From Clostridia bacterium (lineage in GTDB: Bacteria; Bacillota; Clostridia; Christensenellales; UBA1242): a stretch of DNA of 51,721 bases. Positions 1-10,644 of this stretch are shown in pieces. The number at the start of each line of letters is the position of its first letter. Within the stretch, counting starts at the first letter, position 1. A program made the translations under genes and the position numbers. The stretch covers positions 1 through 51,721 of the forward strand of contig JAFSVX010000025.1 of assembly GCA_017444785.1 (NCBI GenBank), given 5' to 3'. The notes under the pieces were generated by a model. The model worked only from the letters and a program-made list of their open reading frames with translations. It was not told where the DNA came from and did no database searches.

Positions 1-1584
1 ATCAAGAATAAGCATTGGAGGTTTTAAAAGCATAACCCTTGCAATACATAAAAGCTGTTTTTCACCAGCAGAAAGGTTACTTCCACCGTCAGTTATCATT
101 GTGTTATATTTATCAGGCATTTTTTCAATTAAATCATGAATACCAGCAAGTTTTGCAGCCTCAATAATTTCTTCCATAGGTATATTTGGATTACCATAAG
201 CTATATTTTCTTTTATAGTAGCATTAAAAAGCCAAGTTTCTTGTAATACCATACCATATTTACTTCTTAAACTACTTCTTGTTATATCTTTTATATTATA
301 TCCACTCACACTTATATAACCATTATTTACATCATAAAATCTCATTAAAAGGTTGATTAAAGTGCTTTTACCACAACCAGTTGGGCCAACAATAGCAACT
401 TTCATTCCTTGTTTAACTTCAAGATTTAAATTTTCAATAAGTTTAACTTTTGGAGTATAACTGAAATCTACATTTTTTATAGATACTTCACCATTACATT
501 CAGGTAACTCTGGAAGCATAACATCACTTACTTCATCTTGTTCTTCAAGTATAGAAAAAATTCTACCAGCCGCAGCAAAAGCTGATTGAATATCAGAAAT
601 TTCACCACTTATTTCATTAAATGGAGCACCAAATTTATTTGAATAAGAAAGAAATGTGCTTACTATATCAATAGTAATTTTACCACCAAGAACCTCTAAT
701 GCTCCAAAAAGTCCAACAACACCATAAACAATACCATTTATAAATCTTGTTGAAGGGTTTGATAAGTTACCATAAAATTGAGACTTTTCACCAACTTTAT
801 AGTACTCTTCATTTATTTTATTAAAGTTTTTAATACTTTCATCTTCATGGTTAAAAGCTTTAACAACTCTTTGTCCAGAAATATATTCTTCCAAATATCC
901 TGAAAGATCACCTTGAGTTTTAACTTCCATTTTAAAGTATTTTTTAGATTTTTTGACTATATATAATGATATAATAAGACTAAGTGGTGTTAAAATAATA
1001 ATTATTAAAGCAAGTTGAATATTTAAAATAAGCATTGCAATAAGTGTTCCGACTATTGTTTCAAAACCAGAAATTATTGCTGCAAAACTTTCCAAAAAAC
1101 CATCAGTCATAACATCAATATCATTGACCATACGGGATAAAATATCACCATGAGATGTGGTGTCGATATATGAAAGTGGAAGTGTATTTATTTTTTTAAA
1201 TAATAAATCTCTTATCTTATATGTTGATTTATATTCATATGCGTTAATAGTTAAATTTCCAAAAACATCAAACAAAACATATCCAATAACACAACCAAGC
1301 ATTATTAAAATATTGACTGTTATAAGGTGAAAATCTACTTGACCTGCGCCAACAGCCGCACCAATTGCTTTACCAAGATAAATTGGTACCATTATTTCAG
1401 CAACTGAGGCAATAAGGTCAAATATGAATGTAAGATAAAGATACCATCTGTATTCATGAGCGTATCTGAACACTTTTTTCAAAGTGTTTATTGCATTTTT
1501 ATTTCTAAGGTATTTTTCTTTAGCTTTTCTTTGTTGTTTTTGTCTTATTTCTTTTAAGGAAAGTCCAGGGTTTAAACTTGCCAC
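1..1584 (-). CDS. ABC exporter, fused permease/ATPase subunit (3' end cut by window edge)
   Basis: Uninterrupted minus-strand frame from GTG at 1582-1584 down to position 1. Hand translation gives a TM-rich N-half, then Walker A GPTGCGKST and signature LSAGEKQ. The start lies 1 nt after the stop of the upstream ABC gene, as in a heterodimer pair. Confidence 0.8.
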   Translation of the reverse strand, partial: MASLNPGLSLKEIRQKQQRKAKEKYLRNKNAINTLKKVFRYAHEYRWYLYLTFIFDLIASVAEIMVPIYLGKAIGAAVGAGQVDFHLITVNILIMLGCVIGYVLFDVFGNLTINAYEYKSTYKIRDLLFKKINTLPLSYIDTTSHGDILSRMVNDIDVMTDGFLESFAAIISGFETIVGTLIAMLILNIQLALIIIILTPLSLIISLYIVKKSKKYFKMEVKTQGDLSGYLEEYISGQRVVKAFNHEDESIKNFNKINEEYYKVGEKSQFYGNLSNPSTRFINGIVYGVVGLFGALEVLGGKITIDIVSTFLSYSNKFGAPFNEISGEISDIQSAFAAAGRIFSILEEQDEVSDVMLPELPECNGEVSIKNVDFSYTPKVKLIENLNLEVKQGMKVAIVGPTGCGKSTLINLLMRFYDVNNGYISVSGYNIKDITRSSLRSKYGMVLQETWLFNATIKENIAYGNPNIPMEEIIEAAKLAGIHDLIEKMPDKYNTMITDGGSNLSAGEKQLLCIARVMLLKPPMLILD

Positions 1585-1585
1585 C

Positions 1586-3334
1586 TTACACCTCCTTTTT
1601 ATTTTGTGAATTATGAATTTCTTGATATAATTCACATCTTTCAAGTAATTCTTCGTGAGTGCCAATATCAACAACATCACCAGATTTAAGAACTATTATC
1701 TTATCAGTATTTTTAAGAGAGTTTGTGCGTTGTGAAACAATAAATGTGGTTGAGGTAAGATTTGTCTTGATTGACTTTCTGAGTTTTGCATCAGTTGTGA
1801 AATCAAGTGCACTTGTGCTGTCGTCCAAAATTATGATTGGTGGATTTTTTACAAGCGCCCTCGCAATAGTAAGTCTTTGTTTTTGTCCACCAGAAAAATT
1901 ACTGCCACCTCTGTTTACTTTGTGATCAAGAAAGTCAGGATATTCTTTCACAAAATCATAAGCCTGAGCAATTTTCAGTGCTTTAATTAAGTCTTGGTCA
2001 GTCGCATCTGGATTTCTCCATGTCAGATTTTCGCGAATAGTTCCACTAAAAAGCATAGGATTTTGAGGGACTATACCAATTCCTGAACGTAAATTTTCAA
2101 CATTATATTTTTTTACATTTATATCATTTATTAAAACTTGGCCTTTTGTGGCATCATAAAAACGAGGTATAAGGTTAATGATTGAACTTTTACCACTGCC
2201 TGTTCCACCAATAACACCAATAGTATCTCCAGGATTTGCAACGAAACTTAAATCACTCAGTGCATTTTTGATATTTCCATAAGAAAATGACACATTTTTA
2301 AATTCTATTTTTGTACCTTTATTTGCGTTTAGGTCTAAGTATACTGGATTTTCTGGTGAAACTATGGAATTTTTAGTTTCCATAAGCTCGTTTATTCTTT
2401 CTTTTGATGCTGTGATTCTTGTAAGGATTGTGATTATTCTGGTGAAAGCAATAAGCGCCATAGCAATTTGACTGAAATAATTGATAAATGCAAGTAAGTT
2501 ACCTTGGCTGACTCCACCGACATTGATTTGTATTCCACCAAAATAAATAACTGCGATGATTGCAAGGTTTACAATAAGATAAATGGTTGGATGAAGAACA
2601 GCACCAAGATAACCTTGTCTTAAATTGTTATCAAGCAGGCTACTGTTGGCTTCGGTAAAGCGCTGTGTTTCAAAGTTTTGTTTATTGAAAGCTCTTACAA
2701 CTCTGACACCACTAAGGTTTTCACGTGTAACTTGGCTGGTTTTATCAAGTCTTACTTTTCCTTCATTAAGGAGCGGATGAAGTTTTTTGATGAAAAACAA
2801 AACAGTAAAAATCAAAATAGGGGAAACGACAAGGAAAATAAGAGAAAGTTTTAAGTCAATGAATAAAGCCATAATAAGTGAACCGATGAATAAAAATGGA
2901 ATTCTCATCACATTTCTTAAAATTTGAGATGTTCCTTCTTGTATATGGTAAACGTCATTGATTGTTCGGTTTAAAATTGTTGTTGTATTGTATTTATCAA
3001 GTTCTGCATGTGAAAATGTGTTTACATGTTTGAAAATATCATTTCTTATATCTCTGCCCATACCCTCAGAGGTGATGGCTGCACACTTTTGACCTAAAAC
3101 TGCAAAAACCATTCCAAGAATATTGATAACAAGTATAATTATTGCCATTTTATAGATATAAGGCTTATCATTATTCTTTATACCAACATCAATAATATAT
3201 GACATGATGAGTGGAGAAAAAATCTCACTTAATGCTTCCAAAGCTTTAAAAAGTGGGCCAAGTATTACTAAACCGGTGTATTTTTTCAAATATGGTGCGG
3301 TTTTAAATGTTAAATTTTTCTTATTCTTCTTCAT
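1586..3334 (-). CDS. ABC exporter, fused permease/ATPase subunit
   Basis: 582-aa ORF with a multi-TM N-half, Walker A GGTGSGKSS, signature FSGGQKQR and Walker B IIILDDSTSALD. Confidence 0.9.
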   Translation of the reverse strand: MKKNKKNLTFKTAPYLKKYTGLVILGPLFKALEALSEIFSPLIMSYIIDVGIKNNDKPYIYKMAIIILVINILGMVFAVLGQKCAAITSEGMGRDIRNDIFKHVNTFSHAELDKYNTTTILNRTINDVYHIQEGTSQILRNVMRIPFLFIGSLIMALFIDLKLSLIFLVVSPILIFTVLFFIKKLHPLLNEGKVRLDKTSQVTRENLSGVRVVRAFNKQNFETQRFTEANSSLLDNNLRQGYLGAVLHPTIYLIVNLAIIAVIYFGGIQINVGGVSQGNLLAFINYFSQIAMALIAFTRIITILTRITASKERINELMETKNSIVSPENPVYLDLNANKGTKIEFKNVSFSYGNIKNALSDLSFVANPGDTIGVIGGTGSGKSSIINLIPRFYDATKGQVLINDINVKKYNVENLRSGIGIVPQNPMLFSGTIRENLTWRNPDATDQDLIKALKIAQAYDFVKEYPDFLDHKVNRGGSNFSGGQKQRLTIARALVKNPPIIILDDSTSALDFTTDAKLRKSIKTNLTSTTFIVSQRTNSLKNTDKIIVLKSGDVVDIGTHEELLERCELYQEIHNSQNKKEV

Positions 3335-3610
3335 AATTTTTATTATGTTTTATTATAGAATATTCAAAAAAATAAGTCAAACGAATAATAAATATATGGA
3401 ATTTTAATAAAATTTTCTTAATTTTGCAGAAAATGAAAAAAATGTTAAAATTTGAATTTATAATATTTTACATTCGAAATTATTATGTCAATAAATTTTA
3501 AAATAAAATAAAATTTTTACTTTTTAATGAAAAAACTTTAAAAATTAAATTTCAAGAAATTTATGTTTAAAAAACAAAAATTTGACAAAAATTAAAATGG
3601 AGGATATTAT

Positions 3611-4195
3611 ATGGATTTTAAAAAAAGTGAAACTTTACAAAATTTAACAAGAGCTTTTGCTGCTGAATGTCAAGATGGGGCAAAGTATCAATACATGGCG
3701 GATGAGGCAACACAAAATCAAATGTCAAATGTATCAACAATTTTAAAGGCTTTGGCGACAAATGAAATGTCACATGCAAAAGTTTTTATGGATATGATAG
3801 AAAAACACCATAAAGGAGGTGTAAATCTGATAAATATTGAGGCATCATATCAGATGCAATGTGGAAAACTTGAAGAACTTTTGAAAATTAAAGGTGATAT
3901 AGAGAAAAAAGAGGCAGAAGAAATTTACCCTAAGTTTGCTGAAATTGCAAGAAAAGAGGGTTTTGCAGATATTGCTAAAAAATTTGAAGAGATTTCAAAG
4001 GTTGAAAAATATCACTCTGAGATCTTTTATAAACTTGACAAACTGATAAAGAAAAATCAACTATATAGCTGTGAAATGGAAAAATTATGGAAATGTGTAA
4101 ATTGTGGCTATGAAGATTTAAGCAAGCAGGCATGGGATAAGTGTCCTCTTTGTGAAAAGAACCAAGGTTATGTCAAAATAACTTTTAATGAATAG
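3611..4195 (+). CDS. rbr: Rubrerythrin
   Basis: 194 aa with a GGAGG RBS upstream. It has a ferritin-like four-helix half (NEMSHAKVF, EKYHSEIF) plus a C-terminal rubredoxin-type CVNCGY...CPLCEK. Confidence 0.85.
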   Translation: MDFKKSETLQNLTRAFAAECQDGAKYQYMADEATQNQMSNVSTILKALATNEMSHAKVFMDMIEKHHKGGVNLINIEASYQMQCGKLEELLKIKGDIEKKEAEEIYPKFAEIARKEGFADIAKKFEEISKVEKYHSEIFYKLDKLIKKNQLYSCEMEKLWKCVNCGYEDLSKQAWDKCPLCEKNQGYVKITFNE

Positions 4196-4447
4196 AAAAC
4201 TTTAAACATTATTATTCAAATAAAAAGTGTTGAAAATGTATTATTTTTGTAAAAAATGCTATTTTTATATCAAATTTCAATAAAAATTTATAAAAAATGC
4301 ATTTTTTATTTTTTTGTTTAAAATAAAATTTTAATTAAATTTTAGAAAATTATTGAAAAATGCTGGTCAAATTACTGTAAAAGTTATATTATATAATTAT
4401 ATCGTAAGAGATAAAATAATGATTTTTCAATTAAGGAGCCAAAATTT

Positions 4448-5254
4448 ATGGGGAAAATTATTGCATTTACAAATCAAAAGGGAGGGGTTGGTAAAACCAC
4501 GACCTGTATAAACATGTCAACATGCATGGCGCTTATGGGAAAACGTGTGCTTATTGTTGATATTGATCCTCAAGGCAATGCGACAAGTGGGCTTGGACTT
4601 GATAAATCTGGTGAGATTAAATCAATATTTGACATAATTGCCGGTGACTGCAAAGTTTATGAGGCAATTCAGAAAACTGAAATTAAAGGCCTGGATATTA
4701 TCCCTGCCAATCTTGATCTTGCTGGCGCAGAAGTTGAACTTGTTTATATGAAATCAAGAGAAAGTAAAATTAAAGAGATTTTGACCGGGCTTTTGAATGA
4801 TTATGACTATATCACAATAGACTGCCCACCAGCGCTTGGTCTTTTGACAGTCAATGCTCTTACAGCATCTGACGGTGTTATAATTCCAATCCAATGTGAG
4901 TTTTTTGCACTTGAGGGACTGAGCCAGCTTATGAATACAATAAGACTTGTTAAGAAAAAGGGTTTGAATCCAAGACTTAATATTGAAGGGGTTGTCCTGA
5001 CAATGCGTGACAGCAGAAGTAATCTTGGACGCCAAGTTGCTGAGGAAATTGGTAAGTTTTTTGGAAGCAGTGTATTTAATACAACAATTCCAAGAAATGT
5101 AAGACTTGCAGAGGCGCCAAGCTATGGACAGCCAATCTATCTTTATGATAAGTCATGCGCTGGCAGTATTGCCTATGTTAAATTGACTGAAGAATATTTT
5201 GATAAAAATAATATTAAATACAACAAAATTGATAAAAAGAACGATAAAAAATAG
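4448..5254 (+). CDS. parA: Chromosome partitioning ATPase ParA/Soj
   Basis: Deviant Walker A NQKGGVGKTT at the N-terminus, AAGGAG RBS, and directly followed by parB. Confidence 0.9.
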   Translation: MGKIIAFTNQKGGVGKTTTCINMSTCMALMGKRVLIVDIDPQGNATSGLGLDKSGEIKSIFDIIAGDCKVYEAIQKTEIKGLDIIPANLDLAGAEVELVYMKSRESKIKEILTGLLNDYDYITIDCPPALGLLTVNALTASDGVIIPIQCEFFALEGLSQLMNTIRLVKKKGLNPRLNIEGVVLTMRDSRSNLGRQVAEEIGKFFGSSVFNTTIPRNVRLAEAPSYGQPIYLYDKSCAGSIAYVKLTEEYFDKNNIKYNKIDKKNDKK

Positions 5255-5266
5255 GAGATGACAAAG

Positions 5267-6184
5267 ATGAAAAAAGGTTTGGGAAGAGGCTTAAGCTCAC
5301 TTTTTGGCGATTATGACAAATATGATGTCGATGATATGAGCGAAGAGAAAAAAACAGAAAATAAAATTACACAGCCTTCAGTTGAAGAAATAAAGGAAAA
5401 TGATAAACCAGGGGATAAAGTATATCAAATTGAAATTGGGTTGATTGACAGAAACGAAGAGCAACCAAGAAAAATCTTCGATGAAAAAGCTTTGAAGGAA
5501 CTTGCTGTGTCAATCAAGCAACATGGCATAATCCAGCCATTGATTTTGCAAAAAAATGGTGAGCGCTATATAATAGTTGCAGGTGAAAGAAGGTTTAGGG
5601 CGGCAAGAATAGCTGGTCTTAAAGCTGTTCCTGCAATAGTTAAGGATTATAACAAAAGGGAAGTAAGCGAAATTGCAATTATTGAAAACTTGCAAAGAGA
5701 AGATCTTAACCCAATCGAGTCAGCAAAAGCCATAAAAAATCTTATTGATGAATTTAATTTAACACAAGAAGATGTCGCCGATAAAATAGGTAAAAGCAGA
5801 CCAGCAGTTGCAAACACATTAAGACTTTTAACACTTCCACAAGAAATTGTTGAATTTGTCGAAAACAATAAACTTTCAGCAGGACACGCCAGAACATTGC
5901 TTTCTGTCGAAAATGATGCTCAGAAAGTTGAAATTGCTAAAATTTGCATACAAAAAAAGCTTAGTGTCAGAGATCTTGAGGTGTTGATTAAAAAACTGCA
6001 AAAACCAGCTAAAAGTAATAAAAAAGTTGAACAAAGCCTTGAATTAAAGGATTTTGCCAATAATTTAAACAAAATTTTATCTACTAAGGTGTCAATTATT
6101 GGGAATGACAAAAAAGGCAGAATATATATTGATTATTACAGCCAAGATGATTTGCAAAGAATATATGATATCTTAAATAAATAA
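5267..6184 (+). CDS. parB: Chromosome partitioning protein ParB/Spo0J
   Basis: N-terminal GLGRGLSSL, ParB box VAGERRFRAA and an HTH region. The AGGAG at 5253-5257 abuts the ATG at 5258, so the ATG at 5267 (MKKGLGRGL) is the better-spaced start. Confidence 0.9.
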   Translation: MKKGLGRGLSSLFGDYDKYDVDDMSEEKKTENKITQPSVEEIKENDKPGDKVYQIEIGLIDRNEEQPRKIFDEKALKELAVSIKQHGIIQPLILQKNGERYIIVAGERRFRAARIAGLKAVPAIVKDYNKREVSEIAIIENLQREDLNPIESAKAIKNLIDEFNLTQEDVADKIGKSRPAVANTLRLLTLPQEIVEFVENNKLSAGHARTLLSVENDAQKVEIAKICIQKKLSVRDLEVLIKKLQKPAKSNKKVEQSLELKDFANNLNKILSTKVSIIGNDKKGRIYIDYYSQDDLQRIYDILNK

Positions 6185-6378
6185 CCGTCAGTCGGACAGT
6201 CATATATAATAAATGACGTTAGAAATATTAGGTTAAACAAAACCAGACAGTAAATATGATAATGAAATAAACTTAATAATGGCATAGCGAGATAATGAGA
6301 TAATAAAATAAAAAGATTATAAAATCATGAGATAATAAAATAATAAGATATTAGAATAATGAAAAAAAATAAAAGGAG

Positions 6379-6394
6379 TGTTTCACGTGAAACA
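6379..6394. promoter_or_regulatory. parS site 1 (TGTTTCACGTGAAACA)
   Basis: Perfect 16-bp palindrome matching the Firmicute parS consensus TGTTNCACGTGAAACA. It extends to a 24-bp perfect palindrome (6375-6398) followed by a T-rich run, so it may double as the parB terminator. Confidence 0.85.
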
Positions 6395-6472
6395 CTCCTT
6401 TCTTTATTTATTTGTGTTTATTTTAAATTTCTGCCATGTGCAGTAAATATAAATAATTAAACACTAACAAAA

Positions 6473-6488
6473 TGTTTCACGTGAAACA
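6473..6488. promoter_or_regulatory. parS site 2 (TGTTTCACGTGAAACA)
   Basis: Identical 16-bp core, extended to the 24-bp palindrome AAAATGTTTCACGTGAAACATTTT (6469-6492). Confidence 0.85.
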
Positions 6489-6550
6489 TTTTATTATAAA
6501 TAATTTGCTTGTTATTTAAAATATGGAATATAAGGATTTAAATTATTTTT

Positions 6551-6587
6551 GTTAAAAAGAAAAGCTCGCAAGATTGATTTGCGAGCT
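6551..6587 (-). terminator. Rho-independent terminator of cvpA
   Basis: 9-bp stem AGCTCGCAA/TTGCGAGCT (6563-6571 / 6579-6587) with a 7-nt loop. On the minus strand it is followed by TTTTCTTTTT. Confidence 0.7.
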
Positions 6588-6589
6588 CG

Positions 6590-6605
6590 TGTTTCACGTG
6601 AAACA
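6590..6605. promoter_or_regulatory. parS site 3 (TGTTTCACGTGAAACA)
   Basis: Identical 16-bp core, 2 nt downstream of the cvpA stop codon. Confidence 0.85.
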
Positions 6606-6607
6606 TT

Positions 6608-7363
6608 TTATGGGTGAAGATGTTTATAAGTTTCCTCTGCAATGGTTTTAAAGTTGACATATTTGTCAATAATATTGTTGACAGTTGTGTAAACCCAATC
6701 ACCGATTTTTGAAGCATGTATGTATTCAAATAAGCCACTCAAGAAACCGTCCTCACTGAAAAATGAAAGTATTGCAAAGACAGAACATATGATGAGGGCT
6801 CCTTTTACAAACCCGAAGATAAAGCCAAGCGTCCTGTCAACAGCTCTTATGCCTTTTACCTCTTGTGCTTTCTTGGAAATTTTACCAATTATAAAGAGAA
6901 TAATATAAATCAATATAAACAGGACAACAAAAGTTATAATAAGTGAAAAGAATGAACCAAGCGATCTTGAAAGAATGTCGTTTAGTGTGCAAGATGTTTT
7001 CCCTTCGATTTTTTCAGGAGTTACTTTCAACATGTTGCCAAATAAACCTTTTAATGGAAATTTGCTTTCACTGAGGGTTGTTGATATATGAGAAGAAATC
7101 TCATCTTTTGACATGCCCACCATATTTACATCAAATTTTGCAGACATACTTGTAAGTTTGGAAGAAAGACCATTTGTTAATGCTCCTTCAAATCCAAACC
7201 ATCTGTTTAATAAATTTGTTGTTGGCCTTGTGAGAAGAAGGGAAATGAAAAAGTTGATTGTGCTGCTGAAGATTGAAAGCACTGAGAAAACAAAACCCTT
7301 CCATGTTCCAATAACCACAAATACTACCATAATTATTATAATTGCAATGTCAATCCAGTTCAT
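6608..7363 (-). CDS. cvpA: CvpA-family membrane protein
   Basis: 251 aa. The N-terminus MNWIDIAIIIIMVVFVVIGTWKGFV and the multiple TM helices are typical of the colicin V production protein family. GAGG RBS. Confidence 0.7.
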   Translation of the reverse strand: MNWIDIAIIIIMVVFVVIGTWKGFVFSVLSIFSSTINFFISLLLTRPTTNLLNRWFGFEGALTNGLSSKLTSMSAKFDVNMVGMSKDEISSHISTTLSESKFPLKGLFGNMLKVTPEKIEGKTSCTLNDILSRSLGSFFSLIITFVVLFILIYIILFIIGKISKKAQEVKGIRAVDRTLGFIFGFVKGALIICSVFAILSFFSEDGFLSGLFEYIHASKIGDWVYTTVNNIIDKYVNFKTIAEETYKHLHP

Positions 7364-7542
7364 AGAACCTCATTTACAAACATATGTTTGAATATTTTAT
7401 ATTTATATATACATTATATCTAAATATTTCAGCTTAGTAAAGCAAAGTTGATAAAAAATGCAAAAGTTGATGATTTTTTTGAAAAAAGATAGTTAAAAAG
7501 TTTAGTATTTTTCAATTTTGTCAATAATTCTCTTAATAATTT

Positions 7543-8040
7543 ATGGACAGTCTTGAAATATCAAAAATATTACATAATATTGATTTGGTAAGCCAAATTG
7601 AAAAACTAAAAAAGATTTCAAATACGCGTGAAGTGGTCTTTTTGTGTGTTGGTAACTCTAAAATTTGGTATGACAGTTTTGGACCAATGATGGGAACGCT
7701 TTTACAATATCTTGGTGTGGAAAACTATGTCTATGGGAATATAAAATCAAACATTGATGTAAGTAATATTCAATATTATATTGATGTTATATATAAATTT
7801 CACTATAATCCATATATAGTTGTGTTTGATAACGCCTTGTCTTCAAATGATGAGTTTGTTATTAAGATAAATGATAAGTCAACCACTTGCGCGGCATTAA
7901 GTAAAAATGCAGTTGAGGTGGGTGATGTTTCAATAACGTGTTTATCGCCTTTCAGACTTTTAAAAAACAATTGCTGTTATTATCATATGCTTGGTGAAAT
8001 AAAAAGGCTGGGACTATATTTCAAAGAGTTTTATTTGTAA
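7543..8040 (+). CDS. YyaC-like (DUF1256) putative sporulation protease
   Basis: The motif VFLCVGNSKIWYDSFGPMMG resembles the YyaC signature (xCIGTDRSTGDSLGP). Its position next to parB matches B. subtilis synteny. There is no clear RBS. Confidence 0.5.
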   Translation: MDSLEISKILHNIDLVSQIEKLKKISNTREVVFLCVGNSKIWYDSFGPMMGTLLQYLGVENYVYGNIKSNIDVSNIQYYIDVIYKFHYNPYIVVFDNALSSNDEFVIKINDKSTTCAALSKNAVEVGDVSITCLSPFRLLKNNCCYYHMLGEIKRLGLYFKEFYL

Positions 8041-8155
8041 AAAATGGCATATTTGATATTGTTTTTATATATTTTTGTATGAATTTTGCAGAAAATTGAT
8101 GAGAGAGGTTACGTCTTTTTATTTGGATTTTAAATTTGAAAAATTTTCTAAACAG

Positions 8156-8184
8156 TTGATATATTTGATAATATTTGCTAATAT
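8156..8184 (+). promoter_or_regulatory. Putative sigmaA promoter of ftsH
   Basis: TTGATA (8156-8161), 17-nt spacer, TAATAT (8179-8184), about 34 nt upstream of the ftsH ATG. Confidence 0.45.
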
Positions 8185-8217
8185 ATAATATGTATATTTA
8201 TTATATAGGAGATTTTG

Positions 8218-10644
8218 ATGGACAATATGAATAATAAACAGGGACAAACCCCTGTCAGATCAAAAAATAATATTTACAGAACTATGCTTGTGTTTCTGCT
8301 TGTCATTGTGGCATTTTGTGTGGTCTATTGGCTTACAACCGCAGGAAGCAATGGTGAACAAATTGGCTATGAGGTGTTTGTAAATGAGGTTGAGGCAAGC
8401 CATGTTGACCAAGTGGCAATTACAAATAAAGAAATCGACATCAAATATAAAGACGGTAAACGTGCTTGGTTTTATAATCGTGAATCAGTTGAAGAAGACG
8501 TAATTGCTGTTGTTAAAGAATATAACTCTAAGGTTGAGGCGAAAAATCAGGCAAACCCCTCATTAAAGTTAACAAAAATCAATCTTCAAGTTGGAACTTC
8601 AACAACTGTCAATATTTTCAATATTTTATTCCCAATTTTACTTGTGGCTTCAACAATTATAATGATTGTATTTTTTGCAAGAATGTTCAGGAGCGCAAAC
8701 AGAAGTGGTATGGACTTTGTGAAAAACCGTGCAAGAGTTATTCCAAGTAAGGTTAAGTTTGATAAAGTTGCAGGCGCAGATGAGGAAAAGGCAGAACTTG
8801 AAGAAATAATCGAGTTTTTGAAAAATCCAGACAAATTCACTCAAATTGGTGCAAGAATTCCAAAAGGTGTGCTTTTGGTGGGCCCTCCAGGAACTGGTAA
8901 AACTCTTCTTGCAAAAGCTGTTGCAGGTGAGGCAAATGTTCCTTTCTTCACAATAAGCGGTTCAGACTTTATGGAGCTTTATGTTGGTGTTGGTGCATCT
9001 CGCGTTCGTGATTTGTTTGAAAATGCAAAAAGAGCAAAACCATGCATTGTGTTTATTGATGAAATTGATGCAGTTGGTCGTCAACGCGGAACCGGCCTTG
9101 GCGGTGGTAATGATGAAAGAGAGCAAACACTTAACCAGCTTCTTGTTCAGATGGACGGATTTGAACAAAATGAGGGTATCATTGTTATGGCTGCGACTAA
9201 CCGTGCTGACATTTTGGATCCAGCGCTTACTCGTCCTGGCAGATTTGACAGGCAAATCTATATCAGCACCCCTGATGTTAAGGGCAGAGAGGAAATCCTC
9301 AGAGTTCACAGCGAAGGTAAACCTCTTGCAAGTGATGTTTCGCTTAAGGACATAGCAAGGGTTACAACCGGCTTTACTGGTGCTGACCTTGAAAATCTTA
9401 TCAACGAGGCTGCCATTTTTGCGGCAAGAAAAAATCAAAAAGAAATCAAAATGCAAGACCTTAATGATGCAATTGTGAAAGTGTCTATGGGGCCACAAAA
9501 ACGTTCACGCGTTGTTACTGAAAATGACAGAAAAATCACTGCTTTCCATGAAGCAGGACATGCGGTTGTGGAAAAATGTGTCAAGACAAGTAACCCTGTT
9601 CATGAGGTTTCAATCATTCAGCGTGGTGGCGCTGCGGGTTATACTATTTCAAGACCTGCAAATGATGAATCACATATGACAAGACAAAAACTTATCGATA
9701 TGATAACTATGAGTCTTGGCGGAAGAGCGAGTGAGGAACTTTTCCTTGATGATATTACTACCGGTGCTTCAAGCGACCTTTCAAGAGCAACTGAGCTTGC
9801 AAGAAAAATGGTTACTGAATGGGGCATGAGCAGCGAGATTGGGCTTATGACTCTTTCTGGCGAAGGTGAGGTTTTCCTTGGCAGAGATTATCAAAATCGT
9901 GCAACATACAGCGACAAAGAGGCTGCGCTCATTGATCAAGAGATCAAAAAGATTATTGATGAATGCTATGTAGAGGCTAAGAAAATTCTTGATAAACATA
10001 AAAAACACATCAAGACTATGGTTGATGTACTTTTGGAAAAAGAAACAATCTATGCAGAAGAAGTTGACATGATTATGAGTGGCAAAACTGCAAAAACTGT
10101 CATTGCTTTTATTGAAGAAAAACAAAAAGAAAAAGAAGCGAAAAAACAAGAAGCTGCAAATACAACACCAGCCAGTGAAAATCAAGAAAATAATGACGAG
10201 GATTATGTGGATAAGTTGCTTAAAATGGCAGAAGAAAGGGCTCGGCAGAAACTTGAAAACGATGGCGCCACTGAAGTAAAAGAAGAAAATAAAAAGCAGT
10301 CAGATATACAATCTGAGCAACCAAATAGTGAAAAAACAGAAACTAAGTCTGGCGATAACACTGAGGTAAAAGATAATTCAGAAGCTCAGACAAATGCTGA
10401 TAAAATTGAAATTGTTAAAGAACAAAATGTAGAAACTGAAAAGGATTCAGTGGCTGCTGAAAAAATTGAAAAACAACCAAAAGCAAAGGCTGTTAAGAAA
10501 ACAAAATCTGCTGCTGATGGCAAGCCTAAGGCAGAAGAAGGCTTAAAGAAAACAAAGAAAAAGACTTCGACAAATGCCAAATCAACTGCAAAAAAATCAA
10601 TAAGAAAATCAACTAGAAAAGATACTGATGAAGGAAATAAATAA
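8218..10644 (+). CDS. ftsH: ATP-dependent zinc metalloprotease FtsH with long K/E-rich C-terminal tail
   Basis: Two N-terminal TM segments, Walker A GPPGTGKT, Walker [13 protein letters not shown] region and zinc motif HEAGHA. The ATG at 8218 has an AGGAG 6 nt upstream, whereas the track start at 8215 is a TTG. Confidence 0.95.
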   Translation: MDNMNNKQGQTPVRSKNNIYRTMLVFLLVIVAFCVVYWLTTAGSNGEQIGYEVFVNEVEASHVDQVAITNKEIDIKYKDGKRAWFYNRESVEEDVIAVVKEYNSKVEAKNQANPSLKLTKINLQVGTSTTVNIFNILFPILLVASTIIMIVFFARMFRSANRSGMDFVKNRARVIPSKVKFDKVAGADEEKAELEEIIEFLKNPDKFTQIGARIPKGVLLVGPPGTGKTLLAKAVAGEANVPFFTISGSDFMELYVGVGASRVRDLFENAKRAKPCIVFIDEIDAVGRQRGTGLGGGNDEREQTLNQLLVQMDGFEQNEGIIVMAATNRADILDPALTRPGRFDRQIYISTPDVKGREEILRVHSEGKPLASDVSLKDIARVTTGFTGADLENLINEAAIFAARKNQKEIKMQDLNDAIVKVSMGPQKRSRVVTENDRKITAFHEAGHAVVEKCVKTSNPVHEVSIIQRGGAAGYTISRPANDESHMTRQKLIDMITMSLGGRASEELFLDDITTGASSDLSRATELARKMVTEWGMSSEIGLMTLSGEGEVFLGRDYQNRATYSDKEAALIDQEIKKIIDECYVEAKKILDKHKKHIKTMVDVLLEKETIYAEEVDMIMSGKTAKTVIAFIEEKQKEKEAKKQEAANTTPASENQENNDEDYVDKLLKMAEERARQKLENDGATEVKEENKKQSDIQSEQPNSEKTETKSGDNTEVKDNSEAQTNADKIEIVKEQNVETEKDSVAAEKIEKQPKAKAVKKTKSAADGKPKAEEGLKKTKKKTSTNAKSTAKKSIRKSTRKDTDEGNK

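Noticed and set aside
3440-3520. PerR/Fur-type box upstream of rubrerythrin (TTATAATATTTTACA)
   Set aside because: Only the first half-site matches TTATAATNATTATAA. In this extremely AT-rich spacer such partial matches are expected by chance.
6290-6360. Reiterated GAGATAATAAAATAA-type motifs, with similar AATAAT runs at 15770-15810 and 36340-36395
   Set aside because: This is low-complexity AT-rich spacer sequence. The copies are short and imperfect, with no phasing or flanking genes that would suggest function.
8962-9498. 178-aa minus-strand ORF (plus 8981..9355 and others) inside ftsH
   Set aside because: It is antisense or out of frame within a gene that carries unmistakable AAA+/HEAGH motifs, and it has no RBS and no motifs of its own. 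This is a typical shadow ORF.
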